Positions 24,432 through 39,500 of a DNA stretch of 64,000 bases are shown here, piece after piece. Positions within the stretch are counted from its first letter, which is position 1; each line of letters starts with the position of its first letter. The translations under genes and the position numbers were made by a program. Source of the stretch: Mytilus californianus (lineage: Eukaryota); assembly GCF_021869535.1 (NCBI RefSeq), contig NW_026262581.1, forward strand, positions 132,990,001-133,054,000. Direction: 5' to 3'. The notes beneath the pieces are model-generated. The model did not search any database and was not told the origin of the DNA. It was given only the letters and a program-made list of their open reading frames with translations.

Positions 24432-26891
24432 TTTTATGTGATATTTTGTTTTAAGGGAGAGCACTCTGTGATTATTTATTTTTTCTTGGGTTGTTATTTG
24501 CGTTTAGGTGCTCAGGGAACTTGCAGTACCCAATGAAAACTGAACGAAAAACTTAATTTGCTGATTTTGCAACGAAACATGCAAGACTTATTTATTTGCC
24601 ATTGTATTTGTTTTCCTTATTTATAAAATGTGCTTTGAAGGTTCAAAGCTCTTCCTTTAATTCCATCAATTTCACCAGACACTTTATTCTCTTTGAGTAC
24701 CTATGTAGGTTGTCTTCCAGAAAATTATATTTACTGCTCTGCTGAAAGTATTTATTTTTGAAAGTAAAAATAAAAGTTAAAATAAGAATTATTGCAAGAG
24801 TACTAAAGCTTTTTTCTTTCTTTTTTTTTTGTATCATTATTTATTTTTATTTTAAATTCTTCCATTGATGTTAAAAAGTTTAGAATTTTTTTATTATATT
24901 TTTTACTTTTCTTGTTGTGGCTTAACTCTATGTAAAAAAGTTGAACAAGGAATTTATTTGAAATTTTAAAATAGAATTGTCCCCATTTATAAACTTACTG
25001 ATGTGATGGGGAGGTTAAAACCTGAAAAAGTGGAGTAAATTGTTTAGCAAGGGAGATAAATTTATCTTCATCAAGTGAAGATAACTCATCTGTGATCTCA
25101 TATCAAATTTTATCTGTAAATAATGGAATTGTATTTAATTTTTTGCATTATTTATAAATATGTAAATATAAAACAGTTTATTATGTAAGCATTACTCATT
25201 GTTAGCTGCATTTTTTGAAGATAAACATGACATCTGACCAGTAATAATATATCTGTTGTCAGTGTATTTATATTCTAGGATTTACATAGAAAAATTAGCA
25301 TTTAAGGCACATTTCCCCCGAAAAATAAGAGAGCAGGAAGGTTCAGCTGTGTATTATTAAGTGAAATCAATATTTTTCGTGTCTTTGATATCAAAATATT
25401 TTATCTGGTGATTGATTGAAATTTCCTCTTTATTTCGGTATTTTCTTAAGTCTATTTGAGATACTGCTTATTTTAAAAGCATACTCAGAATAGTTTTGAA
25501 TCTGTTTTCATCAAGGCTGTTTCATCTATCATTTATGCAAGAGACTTTTCAGAATGACCTGTAGTTATACTCAGATACATTTACATGTAGTAATTAGTTC
25601 CCCAACAGAATAATGATAATAATCAGCCATAGTTTGTCTGTCAATCATTTATAAATTTTAATTTCAATCATAAAAAGTGAATTTTTCATTTGTTTACTCT
25701 ATTGTGTGAAGATAGATTTTGTTTGGCTCCATGTTCGGAAATAAGAACACAAAGACATTTGATGTTTACAGTTATGCATGTTGTTAAGCTTAAAGAAGAA
25801 TGACATGTACATTTTACACATGTTATATGAACAGCTGATACTTGTGGACCTGTAATTTAGTTATGCAAATTACCTTCACCTTTCGACAGGTGTCTTTTTA
25901 ATGTATTTTTCGGTGTAAAGTAATAGTACAGGTACTATTTGCTCTGTTATTCTCATAAAAACCTCAAATGGGAAAGACAACATAATATTAACCACAATAA
26001 TTTCTAAGATTGAGTAGACAAGATATTTTTACTGGTAAATACTATAGTGCAATATTTGATCATCCTCCATCATATGTAATATAATATTCATTGTTATTGA
26101 TAAGCTACAGCAGTAATTCCCGGGTATGTACAGTTGTCCCAGGTTGTGAGGAAATTCATTTTCTTTGCAATAGTTTCTCCACTGACAATTCTGGTATTCT
26201 GTACAGGAAGATATTTTATATGTAACATACTTTGTTATGGTTCTTCATAGTTACCAAAATGTTTTGTTTTTAGTCCAAATCAAATTCAGGATTTTGTTTA
26301 GATATTTATATATGGGGTATATACATAGTAATATCAAACAGGTTTTAATTTTGGATGTCTGAAGTTACTTTTGAAAAAAGTGCGAGCAAAAAAATCCTGT
26401 ACAGTTTTCCAAAATTTCATGAAGAATTTAACAATATGTTTTATTTAGATATTTCTTGTTAGAGATAACAAGTGGCATTATATAATGATCTATTTAGATA
26501 TACTGGTAGATTAGATAAACAGAAGTGATTGGTCATGTTTTTTACCGATGTTCAATCATTTCCATACCATTCCGGTCATGTATTAGATAGAATTGTATAT
26601 GTACACATTATAGGTAGAGATAATGTAACTACAATTTTATATCTAGAGGTAGATAAATTGTTTACAGGCTGGTTACAGTTTTCTGAATCAGAAAAGTGTA
26701 CAAACATCTCTATAGAAATCCAAACAGCTCTGTGATACTGATTGAAACATTCAGTAGATGTTGTTGCTGAACTCAACATTTATACATAAACAATAAAAAA
26801 ATTTAAGACTGCATTTTTTTTTATTTCTTTAAGATATTAATTAGTTTAAGAAGATGGTATATATGTGGTTGATGCTCAGGCAGTATCCCAT

Positions 26892-27330
26892 TATGACAAA
26901 AGATATGACTTCAATTTTTCCATTATGAACTTTCTGTAGCATCATTCCAATAGCTCATGCATATGACATATTTCTCGGCAGTTGATATTCCAGGAGTTGT
27001 GTGTTTTATCAAGATTTCCCTAATAGAGGGTTGCTTCTTATAAGGAAGCTTTACAGCCAAGGATGATAAATGGTGCTGTTGTGTCACAGATGACCACAGT
27101 TATGTTCCATTTATCATAGCCACAACCATCCTCCTTTCCTTGTTGATGACATCGCCATATTTTTATGAGCAACAGGAAGGGTGCCAATAGTGGAGCAGGA
27201 ATGACTTATCCTTCTGGAGCAAACTCTCTTTTTTATGGCGTTTGTTTTGCTCTTTCTTTAAATTTCTGTATACAATTTGTAGACTGTTACTTGTCTTTTT
27301 ATTTATGTTTCTAGGCTGTTGCATTTTGGT
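26892..27330 (+). pseudogene. degraded reverse-transcriptase C-terminal fragment plus tail, probably a Penelope-like retroelement
   Basis: Translates across frameshifts and stops as YDKRYDFNFSIMNF, IPIAHAY and YSRSCVFYQDFPNRGLLLIRKLYSQG, similar to the recalled RT motif YDKRDDFNF..VNFP...IP..PAYG..ISQLIRYSRAC..Y.DFL.RG.LL.RKLL.QG. It is followed by a GGGTGCCAATAGTGGAGCAGGA tail. Confidence 0.6.
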
Positions 27331-27533
27331 GGTTTTTCTTCAACATATAGCTTTTGATTACTATTAGATAGGAATTAAAATATTCACTGAATGAACATAG
27401 TTTCAGTGATGTCTGTGCATATTTTGAGGGTAACTGGTTGTCTGAAAGAAAAATCTATTAGGGTAAGGATGTGAAATGTGTGAAAGGGTTTATTTTATAC
27501 AAAAAATGTGGAGATATATATGGATAAACAAAA

Positions 27534-30500
27534 GATATATACCATGAGACAAATCACAGACACCTAGACAGGTACACACATAAGATATAAACCATGAGAC
27601 AAATCACAAACACCTAGACAGGTACACACATAAGATATATACCATGAGACAAATCACACAAACATTTAGACAGCCACACACATAAGATATATACCATGAG
27701 ACAAATCACACAAACACCTAGACCAGTACAAATAAACAAAAGATATATACCATGAGGCAAATCACAAACACCTAGACAGGTACACACAAAAGATATATAC
27801 CATGAAACAAATCACACAAACACCTAGAAAGGTACAATACACATAAGATGAATACCATGAAACAAATCACACAAACACCCAGAAAGATACAAATACACAT
27901 AAGATATATACAATGAAACAAATCACAAACACCTAGACAGGTACAAATACACGTAAGATATATTCCATGAAACAAATCCCACAAACACCTAGACCGATAC
28001 AAATACACACAAGATATATACAATGAAACAAATCACAAACACCTAGACAGGTACACACATAAGATATATACCATGAAGCAAATCACACAAACACCTAGAC
28101 AGGTACAAATACACATAAGATATATTCCATGAAACAAATCCCACAAACAGGGTTTATTTTATACAAGAAATGTTGAGATATATATGGATAAACAAAAGAT
28201 ATATACCATGAGACAAATCACAAACACCTAGACAGGTACACACATAAGATATAAACCAAGAGACAAATCACACAAACACCTAGACAGGTACACACATAAG
28301 ATATATACCATGAGACAAATCACACAAACATCTAGACAGCCACACACATAAGATATATACCATGAGACAAATCACACAAACACCTAGACCAGTACAAATA
28401 AACAAAAGATATCTACCATGAGGCAAATCACAAATACCTGGACAGGTACAAATACACATAAGGTATATACAATGAAACAAATCACAAACACCTAGACAGG
28501 TACACACATAAGATATATACCATGAGACAAATCACACAAACACCTAGACAGGTACAAATTCACACAAGATATATACAATGAAAAAAAATCGCAAACACCT
28601 AGACAGTACACGCATAACATATATACCATGAGACAAATCACACAAACACCTAAACAGGAACAAATACGCATAAGATATATACCATGAAACAAATCACACA
28701 AACACCTAGACAGGTACAGTACACATAAGATATATTCCATGAAACAAATCCCACAAACACCTAGACAGGTACAAATACACACAAGATATATACCATGAGA
28801 CAAATCACAAACACCTAGACAGGTACACACATAAGATATATATCATGAGACAAATCACACAAACACCTAGACAGGTACAAATACACATAAGATATATACC
28901 ATGAAACAAATCACACAAACACCTAGACAGGTACAAATACACATAAGATATATACCATGAAACAAATCACACAAACACCTAGACAGGTACAATACACATA
29001 AGATATATACCATGAGTCAAATCAAACAAGCAGCTAGAAAGGTACAAATACACATAAGATATATACCATGAAACAAATCACACAAACACCTAGACAGGTA
29101 CACACATAAGATATATACCATGAGACAAATCACACAAACACCTAGACCAGTACAAATAAACAAAAGATATATACCATGAGGCAAATCAAAAACACCTAGA
29201 CGGGTACACACAAAAGATATATACCATGAAACAAATCACACAAACACCTAGAAAGGTACAATACACATAAGATGAATACCATGAAACAAATCACACAAAC
29301 ACCTAGAAAGATACAAATACACATAAGATATATACAATGAAACAAATCACAAACACCTAGACAGGTACAAATACACGTAAGATATATTCCATGAAACAAA
29401 TCCCACAAACACCTAGACCGATACAAATACACACAAGATATATACAATGAAACAAATCACAAACACCTAGACAGGTACACACATAAGATATATACCATGA
29501 AGCAAATCACACAAACACCTAGACAGGTACAAATACACATAAGATATATTCCATGAAACAAATCCCACAAACAGGGTTTATTTTATACAAGAAATGTTGA
29601 GATATATATGGATAAACAAAAGATATATACCATGAGACAAATCACAAACACCTAGACAGGTACACACATAAGATATAAACCAAGAGACAAATCACACAAA
29701 CACCTAGACAGGTACACACATAAGATATATACCATGAGACAAATCACACAAACATCTAGACAGCCACACACATAAGATATATACCATGAGACAAATCACA
29801 CAAACACCTAGACCAGTACAAATAAACAAAAGATATCTACCATGAGGCAAATCACAAATACCTGGACAGGTACAAATACACATAAGGTATATACAATGAA
29901 ACAAATCACAAACACCTAGACAGGTACACACATAAGATATATACCATGAGACAAATCACACAAACACCTAGACAGGTACAAATTCACACAAGATATATAC
30001 AATGAAAAAAAATCGCAAACACCTAGACAGTACACGCATAACATATATACCATGAGACAAATCACACAAACACCTAAACAGGAACAAATACGCATAAGAT
30101 ATATACCATGAAACAAATCACACAAACACCTAGACAGGTACAGTACACATAAGATATATTCCATGAAACAAATCCCACAAACACCTAGACAGGTACAAAT
30201 ACACACAAGATATATACCATGAGACAAATCACAAACACCTAGACAGGTACACACATAAGATATATATCATGAGACAAATCACACAAACACCTAGACAGGT
30301 ACAAATACACATAAGATATATACCATGAAACAAATCACACAAATACCTAGACAGGTACAAATACACATAAGATATATACCATGAAACAAATCACACAAAC
30401 ACCTAGACAGGTACAATACACATAAGATATATACCATGAGTCAAATCAAACAAGCAGCTAGAAAGGTACAAATACACATAAGATATATACCATGAAACAA

Positions 30501-33500
30501 ATCACACAAACACCTAGACAGGTACACACATAAGATATATACCATGAGACAAATCACACAAACACCTAGACCAGTACAAATAAACAAAAGATATATACCA
30601 TGAGGCAAATCAAAAACACCTAGACGGGTACACACAAAAGATATATACCATGAAACAAATCACACAAACACCTAGAAAGGTACAATACACATAAGATGAA
30701 TACCATGAAACAAATCACACAAACACCTAGAAAGATACAAATACACATAAGATATATACAATGAAACAAATCACAAACACCTAGACAGGTACAAATACAC
30801 GTAAGATATATTCCATGAAACAAATCCCACAAACACCTAGACCGATACAAATACACACAAGATATATACAATGAAACAAATCACAAACACCTAGACAGGT
30901 ACACACATAAGATATATACCATGAAGCAAATCACACAAACACCTAGACAGGTACAAATACACAAAAGATATATTCCATGAAGCAAATCCCACAAACAGGG
31001 TTTATTTTATACAAGAAATGTTGAGATATATATGGATAAACAAAAGATATATACCATGAGACAAATCACAAACACCTAGACAGGTACACACATAAGATAT
31101 AAACCAAGAGACAAATCACACAAACACCTAGACAGGTACACACATAAGATATATACCATGAGACAAATCACACAAACATCTAGACAGCCACACACATAAG
31201 ATATATACCATGAGACAAATCACACAAACACCTAGACCAGTACAAATAAACAAAAGATATCTACCATGAGGCAAATCACAAATACCTGGACAGGTACAAA
31301 TACACATAAGGTATATACCATGAAACAAATCACACAAACACCTAGACAGGTACAATACACATAAGATAAATACCATGAAACAAATCACACAAACACCTAG
31401 AAAGATACAAATACACATAAGATATATACAATGAAACAAATCACAAACACCTAGACAGGTACAAATACACGTAAGATATATTCCATGAAACAAATCCCAC
31501 AAACACCTAGACAGGTACAAATACACAAGATATATACAATGAAACAAATCACAAACACCTAGACAGGTACACACATAAGATATATACCATGAAGCAAATC
31601 ACACAAACACCTAGACAGGTACAAATACACATAAGATATATACCATGAAACAAATCCTGCAAACACCTAGACAGGTACAATACACATAAGATATATACCA
31701 TGAGGCAAATCACACAAACACCTAGAAAGGTACAATTACACATAAGATGTAAACCATGAGACAAATCACAAACACCTAGACAGGTACACACATAAGATAT
31801 ATACCATGAGGCAAATCACACAAACACCTAGACAGGTACAAATACATATAAGATATATTCCATGAAACAAATCCCACAAACACCTAGACAGGTACAAATA
31901 CACACAAGATATATACAATGAAACAAATCACAAACACCTAGACAGGTACACACATAAGATATATACCATGAGACAAATCACACAAACACCTAGACAGGTA
32001 CAAATTCACACAAGATATATACAATGAAAAAAAATCACAAACACCTAGACAGGTACACGCATAAGATATATACCATGAGACAAATCACACAAACACATAG
32101 ACATGTACAAATACACATAAGATATATACCATGAAACAAATCACACAAACACCTAGACAGGTACAATACACATAAGATATATTCCATGAAACAAATCCCA
32201 CAAACACCTAGACAGTACACGCATAACATATATACCATGAGACAAATCACACAAACACCTAAACAGGAACAAATACGCATAAGATATATACCATGAAACA
32301 AATCACACAAACACCTAGACAGGTACAGTACACATAAGATATATTCCATGAAACAAATCCCACAAACACCTAGACAGGTACAAATACACACAAGATATAT
32401 ACCATGAGACAAATCACAAACACCTAGACAGGTACACACATAAGATATATATCATGAGACAAATCACACAAACACTTAGACAGGTACAAATACACATAAG
32501 ATATATACCATGAAACAAATCACACAAACACCTAGACAGGTACAAATACACATAAGATATATACCATGAAACAAATCACACAAACACCTAGACAGGTACA
32601 ATACACATAAGATATATACCATGAGGCAAATCACACAAACACCTAAACAGGTACACACATAAGATATATACCATGAGACAAATCACACAAACACCTAGAC
32701 CAGTACAAATAAACAAAAGATATATACCATGAGGCAAATCAAAAACACCTAGACAGGTACACACAAAAGATATATACCATGAAACAAATCACACAAACAC
32801 CTAGAAAGGTACAATACACATAAGATGAATACCATGAAACAAATCACACAAACACCTAGAAAGATACAAATACACATAAGATATATACAATGAAACAAAT
32901 CACAAACACCTAGACAGGTACAAATACACGTAAGATATATTCCATGAAACAAATCCCACAAACACCTAGACCGATACAAATACACACAAGATATATACAA
33001 TGAAACAAATCACAAACACCTAGACAGGTACACACATAAGATATATACCATGAAGCAAATCACACAAACACCTAGACGGGTACAAATACACATAAGATAT
33101 ATTCCATGAAACAAATCCCACAAACAGGGTTTATTTTATACAAGAAATGTTGAGATATATATGGATAAACAAAAGATATATACCATGAGACAAATCACAA
33201 ACACCTAGACAGGTACACACATAAGATATAAACCAAGAGACAAATCACACAAACACCTAGACAGGTACACACATAAGATATATACCATGAGACAAATCAC
33301 ACAAACATCTAGACAGCCACACACATAAGATATATACCATGAGACAAATCACACAAACACCTAGACCAGTACAAATAAACAAAAGATATCTACCATGAGG
33401 CAAATCACAAATACCTGGACAGGTACAAATACACATAAGGTATATACAATGAAACAAATCACAAACACCTAGACAGGTACACACATAAGATATATACCAT

Positions 33501-36500
33501 GAGACAAATCACACAAACACCTAGACAGGTACAAATTCACACAAGATATATACAATGAAAAAAAATCGCAAACACCTAGACAGTACACGCATAACATATA
33601 TACCATGAGACAAATCACACAAACACCTAAACAGGTACAAATACACATAAGATATATACCATGAAACAAATCACACAAACACCTAGACAGGTACAATACA
33701 CATAAGATATATACCATGAGGCAAATCAAACAAGCACCTAGAAAGGTACAAATACACATAAGATATATACCATGAAACAAATCACACAAACACCTACACA
33801 GGTACAAATACACATAAGATATATTCCATGAAACAAATCCCACAAACACCTAGACAGGTACAAATACACACAAGATATATACACTGAAACAAATCACAAA
33901 CACCTAGACAGGTACACACATAAGATATATACCATGAGGCAAATCACACAAACACCTAAACAGGTACAAATACACATAAGATATATACCATGAAACAAAT
34001 CACACAAACACCTAGACAGGTACAAATACATACAAGATATATACCATGAAACAAATCACACAAACACCTAAACAGGTACAAATACACATAAGATATATAC
34101 CATGAAACAAATCACACAAACACCTAAACAGGTACAAATACACATAAGATATATACCATGAAACAAATCACACAAACACCTAAACAGGTACAAATACACA
34201 TAAGATATATACCATGAAACAAATCACACAAACACCTAGACAGGTACAATACATATAAGATATATACCATGAGGCAAATCACACAAACACCTAGAAAGGT
34301 ACAAATACACATAAGATATATACCATGAAACAAATCACACAAACACCTGGACAGGTACAAATACATAAGATATAAACCATGAGGCAAATCACACAAACAC
34401 CTAGAAAGGTACAAATACACATAAGATATATACCATGAAACAAATCACACAAATACCTAGACAGGTACAAATACACATAAAATATATTCCATGAAACAAA
34501 TCCCACAAACACCTAGACAGGTACAAATACACACAAGATATATACAATGAAACAAATCACAAACACCTAGACAGGTACACACATAAGATATATACCATGA
34601 GGAAAATCACACAAACACCTAGAAAGATACTTATACACATAAGATGTATAACATGAGACAAATCACAAACACCTAGACAGGTACAATACACATAAGATGT
34701 ATACCATGAAACAAATCACACAAACACCTAGAAAGATACAAATACACATAAGATATATTCCATGAAACAAATCCCACAAACAGGGTTTATTTTATACAAG
34801 AAATGTTGAGATATATATGGATAAACAAAAGATATATACCATGAGACAAATCACAAACACCTAGACAGGTACACACATAAGATATAAACCAAGAGACAAA
34901 TCACACAAACACCTAGACAGGTACACACATAAGATATATACCATGAGACAAATCACACAAACATCTAGACAGCCACACACATAAGATATATACCATGAGA
35001 CAAATCACACAAACACCTAGACCAGTACAAATAAACAAAAGATATCTACCATGAGGCAAATCACAAATACCTGGACAGGTACAAATACACATAAGGTATA
35101 TACCATGAAACAAATCACACAAACACCTAGACAGGTACAATACACATAAGATAAATACCATGAAACAAATCACACAAACACCTAGAAAGATACAAATACA
35201 CATAAGATATATACAATGAAACAAATCACAAACACCTAGACAGGTACAAATACACGTAAGATATATTCCATGAAACAAATCCCACAAACACCTAGACAGG
35301 TACAAATACACAAGATATATACAATGAAACAAATCCTGCAAACACCTAGACAGGTACAATACACATAAGATATATACCATGAGGCAAATCACACAAACAC
35401 CTAGAAAGGTACAATTACACATAAGATGTAAACCATGAGACAAATCACAAACACCTAGACAGGTACACACATAAGATATATACCATGAGGCAAATCACAC
35501 AAACACCTAGACAGGTACAAATACATATAAGATATATTCCATGAAACAAATCCCACAAACACCTAGACAGGTACAAATACACACAAGATATATACAATGA
35601 AACAAATCACAAACACCTAGACAGGTACACACATAAGATATATACCATGAGACAAATCACACAAACACCTAGACAGGTACAAATTCACACAAGATATATA
35701 CAATGAAAAAAAAATCACAAACACCTAGACAGGTACACGCATAAGATATATACCATGAGACAAATCACACAAACACATAGACATGTACAAATACACATAA
35801 GATATATACCATGAAACAAATCACACAAACACCTAGACAGGTACAATACACATAAGATATATTCCATGAAACAAATCCCACAAACACCTAGACAGGTACA
35901 AATACACACAAGATATATACCATGAGACAAATCACAAACACCTAGACAGGTACACACATAAGATATATACCATGAGACAAATCACATAAACACTAGACAG
36001 GAACAAATACACATAAGATATATACCATGAAACAAATCACACAAACACCTAGACAGGTACAAATACACATAAGATATATACCATGAAACAAATCACACAA
36101 ACACCTAGACAGGTACAATACACATAAGATATATACCATGAGGCAAATCAAACAAGCACCTAGAAAGGTACAAATACACATAAGATGTATACCATGAGAC
36201 AAATCACACAAACACCTAGACAGGTACACACATAAGATATATACCATGAGGCAAATCACACAAACACCTACACAGGTACAAATACACATAAGATATATTC
36301 CATGAAACAAATCCCACAAACACCTAGACAGGTACAAATACACACAAGATATATACACTGAAACAAATCACAAACACCTAGACAGGTACACACATAAGAT
36401 ATATACCATGAGGCAAATCACACAAACACCTAAACAGGTACAAATACACATAAGATATATACCATGAAACAAATCACACAAACACCTAGACAGGTACAAT

Positions 36501-39500
36501 ACATATAAGATATATACCATGAGGCAAATCATACAAACACCTAGAAAGGTACAAATACACATAAGATATATACCATGAAACAAATCACACAAACACCTGG
36601 ACAGGTACAAATACATAAGATATAAACCATGAGGCAAATCACACAAACACCTAGACAGGTACAATACACATAAGATATATACCATGAGGCAAATCACACA
36701 AACACCTAGAAAGGTACAAATACACATAAGATGTATACCATGAGACAAATCACAAACACCTAGACAGGTACACACATAAGATATATACCATGAGGCAAAT
36801 CACACAAACACCTACACAGGTACAAATACACATAAGATATATTCCATGAAACAAATCCCACAAACACCTAGACAGGTACAAATACACACAAGATATATAC
36901 ACTGAAACAAATCACAAACACCTAGACAGGTACACACATAAGATATATACCATGAGGCAAATCACACAAACACCTAAACAGGTACAAATACACATAAGAT
37001 ATATACCATGAAACAAATCACACAAACACCTAGACAGGTACAAATACACACAAGATATATACCATGAAACAAATCACACAAACACCTAAACAGGTACAAA
37101 TACACATAAGATATATACCATGAAACAAATCACACAAACACCTAAACAGGTACAAATACACATAAGATATATACCATGAAACAAATCACACAAACACCTA
37201 AACAGGTACAAATACACATAAGATATATACCATGAAACAAATCACACAAACACCTAGACAGGTACAATACATATAAGATATATACCATGAGGCAAATCAC
37301 ACAAACACCTAGAAAGGTACAAATACACATAAGATATATACCATGAAACAAATCACACAAACACCTGGACAGGTACAAATACATAAGATATAAACCATGA
37401 GGCAAATCACACAAACACCTAGAAAGGTACAAATACACATAAGATATATACCATGAAACAAATCACACAAATACCTAGACAGGTACAAATACACATAAAA
37501 TATATTCCATGAAACAAATCCCACAAACACCTAGACAGGTACAAATACACACAAGATATATACAATGAAACAAATCACAAACACCTAGACAGGTACACAC
37601 ATAAGATATATACCATGAGGAAAATCACACAAACACCTAGAAAGATACTTATACACATAAGATGTATAACATGAGACAAATCACAAACACCTAGACAGGT
37701 ACAATACACATAAGATGTATACCATGAAACAAATCACACAAACACCTAGAAAGATACAAATACACATAAGATATATACAATGAAACAAATCACAAACACC
37801 TAGACAGGTACAAATACACGTAAGATATATTCCATGAAACAAATCCCACAAACACCTAGACAGGTACAAATACACAAGATATATACAATGATGAAACAAA
37901 TCACAAACACCTAGACAGGTACACACATAAGATATATACCATGAAGCAAATCACACAAACACCTAGACAGGTACAAATATACATAAGATATATACCATGA
38001 AACAAATCCTGCAAATACCTAGACAGGTACAATACACATAAGATATATACCATGAGGCAAATCACACAAACACCTAGAAAGGTACAATTACACATAAGAT
38101 GTAAACCATGAGACAAATCACAAACACCTAGACAGGTACACACATAAGATATATACCATGAGGCAAATCACACAAACACCTAGACAGGTACAAATACATA
38201 TAAGATATATTCCATGAAACAAATCCCACAAACACCTAGACAGGTACAAATACACACAAGATATATACAATGAAACAAATCACAAACACCTAGACAGGTA
38301 CACACATAAGATATATACCATGAGACAAATCACACAAACACCTAGACAGGTACAAATTCACACAAGATATATACAATGAAAAAAAATCACAAACACCTAG
38401 ACAGGTACACGCATAAGATATATACCATGAGACAAATCACACAAACACATAGACATGTACAAATACACATAAGATATATACCATGAAACAAATCACACAA
38501 ACACCTAGACAGGTACAATACACATAAGATATATTCCATGAAACAAATCCCACAAACACCTAGACAGGTACAAATACACACAAGATATATACCATGAGAC
38601 AAATCACAAACACCTAGACAGGTACACACATAAGATATATACCATGAGACAAATCACATAAACACTAGACAGGAACAAATACACATAAGATATATACCAT
38701 GAAACAAATCACACAAACACCTAGACAGGTACAAATACACATAAGATATATACCATGAAACAAATCACACAAACACCTAGACAGGTACAATACACATAAG
38801 ATATATACCATGAGGCAAATCAAACAAGCACCTAGAAAGGTACAAATACACATAAGATATATACCATGAAACAAATCACACAAACACCTAGACAGGTACA
38901 ATACACATAAGATATATACCATGAGGCAAATCACACAAACACCTAGAAAGGTACAAATACACATAAGATGTATACCATGAGACAAATCACAAACACCTAG
39001 ACAGGTACACACATAAGATATATACCATGAGGCAAATCACACAAACACCTACACAGGTACAAATACACATAAGATATATTCCATGAAACAAATCCCACAA
39101 ACACCTAGACAGGTACAAATACACACAAGATATATACACTGAAACAAATCACAAACACCTAGACAGGTACACACATAAGATATATACCATGAGGCAAATC
39201 ACACAAACACCTAAACAGGTACAAATACACATAAGATATATACCATGAAACAAATCACACAAACACCTAGACAGGTACAATACATATAAGATATATACCA
39301 TGAGGCAAATCATACAAACACCTAGAAAGGTACAAATACACATAAGATATATACCATGAAACAAATCACACAAACACCTGGACAGGTACAAATACATAAG
39401 ATATAAACCATGAGGCAAATCACACAAACACCTAGAAAGGTACAAATACACATAAGATATATACCATGAAACAAATCACACAAATACCTAGACAGGTACA

